From Eledone cirrhosa (taxonomy: Eukaryota), in assembly GCA_964016885.1 (NCBI GenBank), contig OZ024741.1:285448001-285512000 (forward strand): a stretch of 64,000 nt of DNA. Direction: 5' to 3'. The position numbers were made by a program, and so were the translations under genes. Of the stretch, positions 55,139 to 64,000 are shown in pieces. The notes under the pieces were generated by a model. The model was not told the origin of the DNA, did no database searches, and worked only from the letters and a program-made list of their open reading frames with translations. Position 1 is the first letter of the stretch, and the number at the start of each line of letters is the position of its first letter.

Positions 55139-57522
55139 GAATAGGTTGTCTAAATGCGCGTGGCCTGGGCTCACCTTGGAAGCAAGCAATGCTTCTAAAT
55201 GACCTCAGGTCACGATGTATAAATGTGATAGTTATTTGCGATCAGCAGCGTGCGACAGCTGGCCCCCACATTTGATGACTTTGAGATGCACGCATCTCTC
55301 TGTCAGCCTGGATGTGGGGGTGGGGTTGTCGTTCTGCTGCAAAAACATCTGGGTCTCGCTACACAGACGGTACACTTGGACCCGGAAGGTCGATTAGTGG
55401 TTCTGGACCTTGGCAATGGTGAAGGCGGAGCCTTTAGGATGGTCGCCGTCTACGGCCCTTTTGCGTCAACGCGGCCTGACTTCTTCCATCGTCTGGTGAC
55501 TTTTCTAGGTACGTCCCGCTCCTTGTTTTTAGTGGGGGACTGGAATGGTATCCTAGATACATGTTGGGATTATGTAGGAGCATGTCCTGATAGTGGGCGT
55601 TGTAACAGCCTCAAGGGTTTAATCGGCCGATTCGACCTGGCCGATAGATATCGACTAGATTTTCCGACTGTGCCAACCTGGACTTGGACAAACCATAGCG
55701 GTCAATCTAGATCGTACCTAGATAGGTTCTTAGTTAGAAATAAGGATAGGGACATTTTAAGTTGTCAAAAAATGCTCCTGGTTGGCTATTCAGACCACAA
55801 GTTAGTGACCTCCATGGTCAACCTTGATAGAACGCATAGACAGGGACCCGGTTACTGGAAGCTTAACTTGTCCGGCAAGTAAAGCTTACAGGAACCGGAT
55901 TAGTACATTAGTTAAGGAACGGTTGACGGGCGCCATCGTCAACAGCAGGTGGTGGGGCTCTCTCAAAAGAGAGATTAGAGTAGCTTTAATAGGAGTTAGT
56001 AAGGAGTTAGCCTCAGATACAAATAGGAAGGAAAGGGAATTGGTAGATAGTGTAGAAGAAGCATTTAGAAGCGGCGACGTAGCCAGAGTGCTGGCGTCGA
56101 GAACGGCCTTGGGCCAGTTCTTCGACGCGAAACACGAAGGCTGGGTTGTCCGAATCAAAATACGTGCTCTGGGAAATGAGGGGACCAAAGCTGTTAGCTG
56201 GGCCCGCGTGACAGAAGCCAAAAGTGGGACTAGATCCACTATCCGGTCTTTGCGAGACCAGGATGGACGGGTGATCCTTGAGCCTAAGCAGATGTGCGAG
56301 GCATTTAAAAGGCACTTTCCCCTATTGTTCGGAAGGGACGAGGGGCAGGATGGGCATGTGGACCTCGGTCCATACCTCGACGGCTTGCCGCGTCTTTCGG
56401 TCTAGGAGGCGAAGTCCTGCGAGAGGCCGATCTCAGCTGCTGAAATAGGGGCCGTGCTGAGCCAATGCGGCAGACGAAAATCTCCGGGCCTCGATGGTCT
56501 TCCATACGAACTGTATCCCGGACTTGTTCTTCGATCTCCTCGAAGCGGTCTACTGCAACTGGCAACAGAACGGGAGAATTCCCTGTTCTGTGACCAAGGG
56601 CGTAGTTTCGCTAATGAGGAAGGACGACAACAAGGGGGATGAAATAAGTAAGTTTAGGCCCATAACACTGCTAAATGCAGAGTTAAAGATTTTGGCCAAG
56701 GTGTTAGCAAAGAGGTTGGCGCTTGTCGTGGGAAACCTGGTGGGAGATGCGCTTACATGCGCCATCCCGTCCAGGTCCATTCACGACAACCTCCATCTCA
56801 TGCGATACATCATAGAGAAGGTTGGGAACGAACCCGGCTTTGGTGGGGCCCTGATCAACTTGGATCACTCTAAGGCGTTCGATATGGTCGACCATCGTTA
56901 CCTACCTGGATGCGGTGCTAGTGGCGGCAGGTTTCGGACCCGTTTTCAGGGGCTGGATCACTGCCATGCACAGCAGCCGCATTTTCTCTAGGGTCAAGGT
57001 GAACGGCTACCTCTCGGAGCCGTTTGAAATCACGCGGTCCATCCGACAGGGATGCCCTCTCTCCTCCCTTCTGTATGTATTGGTCCTAGAGCCACTGCTG
57101 CGGAAGTTGGAGTTGTTACAGGGAATCCTTTTGGAACCGGGATTGCGGAAAGTGGTGTCGGCCGTTGCCGATGACGTGACAGTAATGGTGTCAACCGTCT
57201 CGGGAATCGGAGTAATCGGCACCTTACTGGAGGAATACGAAACGTTTACAGGGCCTAAGCTGAAACGGGACAAGTCAGTCGTTTTGCAACCCGACGAGTG
57301 GAGGGGCAAACCGATGGCCTCCAACGGTCAAGTCGTTGGACTGAGGGCCCGGTGAAGTTGCTCGGGGTCTGGTTCGGGCCAGACCTCCAGGTGGAGAAGA
57401 ACTGGGGTGAGGTATCGAACAGGGTGTTTGCGCTGACGCAGAAGTGTGCGGAGTGCAAACTATCCCTGAAAGGTCGGACGGAGGTGGCGAACGCTTATAT
57501 AGCGTCCGTCATCTATTACCGC
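55126..57522 (+). pseudogene. LINE ORF2 (apurinic endonuclease plus reverse transcriptase), disrupted
   Basis: MAVLRIGCLNARGL, VYGP, GDWN, SYLDR, SDH, PGYWKLN, SPGLDGLP, FRPITLLN, KAFD, RQGCPLS and ADD motifs. Confidence 0.92.
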
Positions 57523-59208
57523 CACAAGAGCATGAGGATAGGGAGAAATCCCTCAATGCCCATATGATGATGTGGACAAACATAATGCAGCCCAGCAAAA
57601 GGACTGCCAACAACTTCCAGGTCTGGAACAATGACGTGCCAGCGAAAAGACCATAAAACGAGCAGTGACCCTGTCACAGGCCACCAAAACAGCCAGTCTG
57701 TGGAGCTAACATTGCTAGTAACTACAGACTTTCCTACTTCCTCTCCTTGATCATACGCCCCATCATTGAAATGTCCCCAGATATATGTGACAGCACGGAG
57801 AACTCCTCAGCAGAATGAGCGAAAGTAACCGATTTAGGGACCTAACAAACTTTTTTAATAGGAAGTATGGATATTGTGTCCCTATATCCATCCATTGAGG
57901 TGGATTTTGCTGTGGAGAAATGCATAGAAATGATCAGTGAGAGCAATGTTGAATTCCGTGGGATTGATACCAGTGAGCTGGGACTCCTTCTTAAACTTAC
58001 CTATAGTAATGATTATCTAGATACATATGACCTTAGCAACCTGTGCCCTACAAGACAAGCAAGAGGCAGACCATCTACCATTACCTCAATGGCCAAGAAA
58101 ACCCACACAGGTAGATGGGACGGGTGGACCAGAGCCATACGGACCCCCGATAACTACGATGAACTAAAGAAAATGATTGCACATGCGGTGGGGGCCAGTA
58201 TAAAATTAACCCTTAAGGAACATATGTTCAAATTTAATGGAAAAACATGCCCAAGAGGAGGGAGCAGCCATTGGTGTTAGCATTGCAGGTGACATAGCTA
58301 ACCTATTCATGGTATGGTGGGACAATAGACTTAAACTTAAAGAACAATTAGAAGACAGCAACCTCTTAATCCTGATAATGTACTCCCGCTACGTTGATGA
58401 TATAAACATCGTAGTAAAAACACCCCCACTAGAGAGCAGTCAGGAATTAGAGAAAAACACCATAGAAAGCATCCAGCAAATAGCTAACTCTATCCACCAG
58501 AGTATTAGAGTTACTATAGACTACCCAAGCAAACACCCCAACCATCGATTACCTGTACTAGACACAGAGCTCTGGTTAGAAACCATTAATAACAAAAAAC
58601 AAATCCTCCATTCCCATTATGCTAAACCCATGACTTCCAAATATCTGATCCACCGAAACTCAGCTGTTTCGGACCACACCAAAATCAACATACTGATTGC
58701 GGATTTGGTACGGGTGGTGAGAAACGTGTCCCACATGTGCAACCCCAAAGAACTAGAGAGACACATACAACACTTCATCCACCGTATGCAGTTCTCTGGT
58801 TATAATCAGAGAGATAAAATCAGAGTATATAGAGGAGCCAGAACCAAATGGGAAAAAATGGTAAATAATGATACAAATGGGACTTGTCCCTTGTATAGGA
58901 GCAAATTTTGGAATAGAATAGAAAGAACTAGGAATAAGGTTAATAGAATAGACTCATGGTATGATAGCAATAAATACCAGAGTGTAATGTTCATCAAAAC
59001 AACCCCTAGAGGTGAATTAGCTTACACATTTAGAAGGGCCCTAGATAAACATAAACTCAATATTAAGATAGTCGAATGAACAGGTACCTCCATAAAAACA
59101 CTTATTAGCAATACATACCCTTTTGCAAAGACCTCCCTGTATAGATAAGAAATGTATAACCTGTAAACTAAGCCCCCATATTAACTGTAAAACTAGAAAT
59201 GTAGTATA

Positions 59209-60451
59209 AGTATGTACACGTACATACATATATGTATACAGACGTACAGTAGTATGTATATATATATACATGCATGCACACATATATATATGTACGTATG
59301 GAATCACCGAACATTTATTATAATGTTTCAAGCTTATTAGCTATCGTCAGCAACGTATACCTTCCTGCCAGATTGTTGAACGTATATACTTACCTAATGC
59401 ATATTAACGGCTGAGTAGCCCAATTTGCATATCGAGTGGGTTAATCGGCCGGGTGCACCGAAAACGATAAACGGAAAAAATGAAACGAAATTTCATTTCC
59501 CACTCTTAGTACGGTTGCTACTTAAATATAAGTATGTACACGTACGTACATATATGTATACAGACGTACAGTAGTATGTATATATATATATATATACATA
59601 CATGCACACATATATATATGTACGTATGGACTCACCGAACATTTATTATAATGCTCGGTGTGTTTGCAAATAAACATCCCGCATTAAGCCGTAGTGTCCA
59701 GCAACCATCGTTGTTCGTTTGTTCAACACTGACAAAAGAACGTTGTACTAGTTTCAAGCGTATTAGCTATCGTCAGCAACGTATACCTTCCTGCCAGATT
59801 GTTGAACGTATATACTTACCTTATGCATATTAACGGCTGAGTAGCCCAATTTGCATATCGGTGAATCCATACGTACATATATATATGTTCATGTATGTAT
59901 ATATATATATATACATACTACTGTACGTCTGTATACATATATGTATGTACGTGTACATACTTATATTTAAGTAACAGCCGTACTAAGAGTGGGAAGGGAA
60001 ATTTCGTTTCATTTTTTCCGTTTATCGTTTTCGGTGCACCCGGCCGATTAACCCACTCGATATGCAAATTGGGCTATCAGCCGTTAATATGCATAAGGTA
60101 AGTATATACGTTCAACAATCTGACAGGAAGGTATACGTTGCTGACGATAGCTAATAAGCTTGAAACTAGTACAGCGTTCCTTTGTCAGTGGTGAACAAAC
60201 GAGCAACGATGGTTGCTGGACACTACGGCTTAATGCAGGATGTTTGTTTGCAAACACACCGAGCATTATAATAAATGTTCGGTCAATCCATACGTACATA
60301 TATTTATATGTGTGCATGTATGTATATATATATATATATATACATACTACTGTACGTCTGCATACATATATGTATGCACGTGTACATACTTATATTTAAG
60401 TAACAGCCGTACTAAGAGTGGGAAATGAAATTTCGTTTCATTTTTTCCGTT
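59209..60451. mobile_element. Retrozyme-like non-coding HHR multimer (429-nt unit, inverted plus tandem) with a 15-bp TSD
   Basis: TSD tagaaatgtagtata at 59194-59208 and 60452-60466. Unit start gtaacagccgtactaagagt at 59971 and 60400. Minus-orientation units at 59209-59860. Confidence 0.9.
60136..60176 (+). ncRNA. Minimal type I hammerhead ribozyme, with an inverted copy at 59741-59781(-) and a partial copy at ~59325-59355(-)
   Basis: cgttg-CTGACGA-t-agc-taataa-gct-t-GAA-actagt-A-ca(g/a)cg, with palindromic stem III ACTAGT. Confidence 0.85.
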
Positions 60452-61177
60452 TAGAAATGTAGTATATAGCATAAGATGTACTGAAGGACAATGTAGAGAT
60501 AAGAATATAGTGTACATAGGTGAGACAGCTCGTAGTATAGGAGAACGGATAAATGAACACTTGCGAGAGCTTCAAGATAGTAAAGAATCATCCGTACTCC
60601 ACCAATATGCTAAATTAGAACATAAGGGTAAATTAGAGAACATAGAAATAAAAATAGAATCTACACACAGAAAAGACGCAATGTTTAGACAAATCACAGA
60701 GGCAATAAACATAAATGAACTCCAACCAAAATTAAATATAAAACATGAATGGTATAGCAACATCACAACTTACAATTAAGGACAAAATGACAACACACAC
60801 ACACATAGAACAAACAACCAACCAGTAACAAGTAAATAAACAAATAAATAAACAAATATAAACACACACAGACACCCGGATGTAACACATGCGCAAACTA
60901 AGCACACAACACACACAAAAACAAGATGGCGTAGGACAGAACAAAGGAGAGGTACAAAAACAAAGAAAAGAATCCCCAGTTACTGAAGAGGTCACAGAAT
61001 GTGTGACGAAAGAAGTTTGACAATATATGAACAATCGTCTGGTTGTGGAACCAGCCAACCAACCAACCAACCGGAAATTTATAAATTCTTAAATTTATAA
61101 ATTTAATTTATAATAAATTGAAGTGAAAGCAACTTGTGCGTGTGCTTCTTATTGGCAACATGACCCTCCCAAAGTAT

Positions 61178-61249
<72 letters not shown>

Positions 61250-61335
61250 ATGCGTTGGGAGGGTCATGTTGCCAATAACAAGATGGCGTAGGACAGAACA
61301 AAGGAGAGGCACAAAAACAAAGAAAAGAATCCCCA

Positions 61336-61378
61336 GTCACTGAAGAGGTCACAGAATGTGTGACGAAAGAACTTTGAC
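61336..61378 (+). ncRNA. Minimal hammerhead motif in the PLE5 pLTR, with a second copy at 60979-61021
   Basis: gtca-CTGAAGA-g-gtcaca-gaatg-tgtgac-GAA-a-gaac-t-T-tgac. Confidence 0.75.
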
Positions 61379-61581
61379 AATATATGAACAATCGTCTGGT
61401 TGTGGAACCAACCAACCAACCGGAAATTTATAAATTCTTAAAATTTAATTTATAATAAATTGAAGTAAAAGAAACGGGTGCGTGTGTTTCTTATTGGCAA
61501 CATGACCCTCCCAAAGTATAACAATATCGGTTTCAACACACGTTTTCAGATAAAGAATCTAGCTAAACAAATTCAGAAACG

Positions 61582-61618
<37 letters not shown>

Positions 61619-61834
61619 ATATTTTCTTCTTATATATATCTATAAGCAAATATAGTTGATGCCTAATATATCGATATGTTTCAGTCATGGTTTTGTTCTC
61701 CCGGTTTTACCTTTCTTTCAATTGTTTGCTCTCCCGGCTCTCTCTCTCTTTTGTTCTCTCCTCAAATGTCCATTTGATTTTATATTTCCTTAAGTATGTG
61801 CAAACTTATGTATGATTGTATTTATGTAATACAT

Positions 61835-61950
61835 ACGTGGCTGAGTGGTAAGAGAATTACATTCTCAATCATAAGGTTGTGAGTTCGATTCCTGGACCGG
61901 GCGGTGCGTTATGTCCTTGAGCAAGACACTTTATTTCACGTTGTTCCTTC
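61835..61950 (+). mobile_element. tRNA-derived SINE head
   Basis: tggctgagtggtaag...gagttcgattcc...gtccttgagcaagacact. Confidence 0.7.
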
Positions 61951-62211
61951 TATTTCAAGTTGCGACCGATAGATAGTATTAGCAACTGGAAAGACCAACG
62001 GAAACATTGTTTCCTCGGTCCGATTTGACGAAAAGTCGATCGACTGTCTATATATATAGAGAGAGAAAAAAAAGATGAAATCGAAAATGCAACTGGAGTC
62101 TTTTTAAGAATATTTATTTGTTTCTTTTACCGGTTTCACAGTTCTTATGCTTTTTAAAAGTAGAATTGAGATGGAGGGTTTGTGGTTTTTCTCGCATCAT
62201 TATATATATAT

Positions 62212-62438
62212 AGTAATAATAATAAATTTGAAGACTAAAATCCAAAGAGGGCTCGATAAGGATAAATATATATCAAATATATAAGAACCGTAGAGCAAAT
62301 ATTTCTTAAAATAACAGATTAAAGTTTAAGCAAAGAATCGCTGCTTTCCCCCTTAACGGGATCTTCTGAAACTCTGAGTTTCAGAAGATCCCGTTAAGGG
62401 TGAAAGCAGCGATTCTTTGCTTAAACTTTAATCTGTTA

Positions 62439-62445
<7 letters not shown>
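62212..62445. mobile_element. Minimal fold-back of the PLE4 family: two divergent HHR motifs
   Basis: Palindrome centred on aaactc-t-gagttt (62369-62381), with (TA)n on both sides. Confidence 0.88.
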
Positions 62446-62526
<81 letters not shown>

Positions 62527-62549
62527 TGTGTGTGTGTATATGTTTTAAT

Positions 62550-62635
62550 TTTATTAAGGCTAGATAGTGTGTCTTGCCACTCTGAAGTTTCGCCTGCTTA
62601 TCCAGTGTAAGAAGACTCACTATTTAGCCTTAATA
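62550..62635. repeat. Short imperfect hairpin element
   Basis: tattaaggctagatagtgtgtctt / aagactcactatttagccttaata. Confidence 0.7.
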
Positions 62636-64000
62636 TAAATATTTAAAATATACTTCGGTGTTGTGTATTATATTCTATCAGCAGATATAGATATATAGAT
62701 GTGTGTGTGTGTGCGTGTGTGTGTGTGCGTATTTGTATGCGTACATGTATTTGTGAATGAAATGTTTATCTCTATAAAGCGTTTGCGTATGTCTGATATT
62801 AAAAACTAGATACACATTAAAAATATGTACACACTAAGTGGTATAGCCTGAAAAATACATAAACGCACACCTGCGTTGAAAATATACTTTTCGTTTTATT
62901 ACAGCATTGGTCTCTAATGCAAAGCTCTGTAAACTTTACTTTTGGCCCCATACATGTCCCACAACAATAGTTTCAAATAATGTAATCTTTAAGATTTGGA
63001 ATATTTCCAAGCACTGTCTAACTTTCTAGTTGTTATAACTTCTACTTGCATCTTGGTGTATTGATAATTGGTAGTTAACCAATAATCGATATTGATTACA
63101 AGTTGGTCCAGCCCCCAGGATGTCAGTGTTTGTAATGCGAATACTGTTCCATATTCAAAATCTTGTGTAAATTTTTGAGCTGTAGGATATAGAATGAGAA
63201 TGCTATTAGAGACGTCTCGCAGCAATTTAGAAACATAGAATCACGTTGTTTTCTGTCTTCTTTGTTATATTATTGTGATGTGAGTGCTGTTTAATACAAT
63301 CAATTGCGCCTGTCGAGACGATTTTCAGCTTCTTAATTATAGTTATAAATATTTACAGCCTCTTCGTTTTGCCCTATGAATTTGTAGCCTTATAAGTATG
63401 TATAAATCAGTATTTACTACGTTTTGTGACAACGCAGCAAGTGACATTCCTTGTCAATGACACATGCATAAAAATACAAAACACGACACAATACAAAACA
63501 CGACACAATTACACAGCTGTTGTTATTAGAACTCTGATCAAATGTCTTCCACCTGTGACTCTCCCATTTTTCTTTATAACAAGAAATACAGTTTTCTATT
63601 TAAAAAGTAGGAAATTATTTGAGAAAGAATTGTCTGCTGTTTCTAGAAAGTCAAGTAACTAATTCAGGCACCATTATAAGCAGCTTGGTAAAAACCTGTC
63701 GTGGACTGGCGTCCTGTCTACGGTAGAGCTTTGAGCACTCAGTCCCTCAATGACAATGGGAGATATAAAAGAGAAATAGACCATGTGTGATGAGATGTCT
63801 GTGCAGAGTCGAATCCCGACTATTATGATCGAATCCTGAGCTGATTGATATCAAAACAATTGTCATATGCAATAAAGTTCATTTATAGTGCAACAAAGAA
63901 AATATTATAAACCATTATTTCACACGTGTTGTTAAATCTTTATTGTTTAAACTGTGCACTTAATATAAACCTACATGTACGCTGAAATGAGAGGAAAGTG

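Larger units (their letters stand above)
53041..57522 (+). mobile_element. Tx1/L1-clade LINE, 5' part (5'UTR, ORF1, most of ORF2), 3'-truncated
   Basis: Begins after tctatctatc. ORF1 carries a CCHC knuckle and ORF2 carries APE and RT domains. Confidence 0.9.
57523..61528 (+). mobile_element. Penelope-like element 5 (different lineage): RT, Cys-rich linker, GIY-YIG, duplicated 3' pLTR
   Basis: GSMDIVSLYPSI, QEEGAAIG, RYVDD, PVLD, CIDKKCITC..CKTRNVVY and YIGETARSIGERINEH. Direct repeats at ~60920-61183 and ~61278-61526. Confidence 0.88.

Noticed and set aside
61835-61905. tRNA gene (also ~42610-42680)
   Set aside because: A and B boxes are present but there is no intact cloverleaf, and the sequence continues into a SINE body.

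Overview
AT-rich, microsatellite-dense animal genomic DNA. The SINE, microsatellite and retroelement make-up suggests a coleoid cephalopod such as Octopus (inference). Only one host exon is recognisable: a 140-bp minus-strand exon (5718-5857) of an alpha7-like nicotinic acetylcholine receptor subunit, so most of the window is probably intronic. The rest is mobile DNA: Tx1/L1-type LINEs mostly sitting in (TCTA)n tracts, four Penelope-like elements (PLEs; three with RT plus GIY-YIG, one GIY-YIG only), CRE and RTE fragments, tRNA-derived SINEs, a Helitron-like element and a MITE. The most striking feature is a set of at least ten non-coding fold-back (inverted-repeat) elements, mostly embedded in (TA)n. 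Most of them carry type I hammerhead ribozyme (HHR) motifs, and about 20 HHR copies from at least 7 sequence families were found by eye across these elements and the PLE termini. They include core variants (U3-A8, U4A, U4C, non-canonical 10.1/11.1 pairs, a 115-nt stem II). Two ORF-less families repeat as circularly permuted units (~430 nt and ~320 nt), resembling retrozymes with a circular RNA intermediate, and one is inserted with a 15-bp target-site duplication. All RNA structures were read manually and none has been tested.
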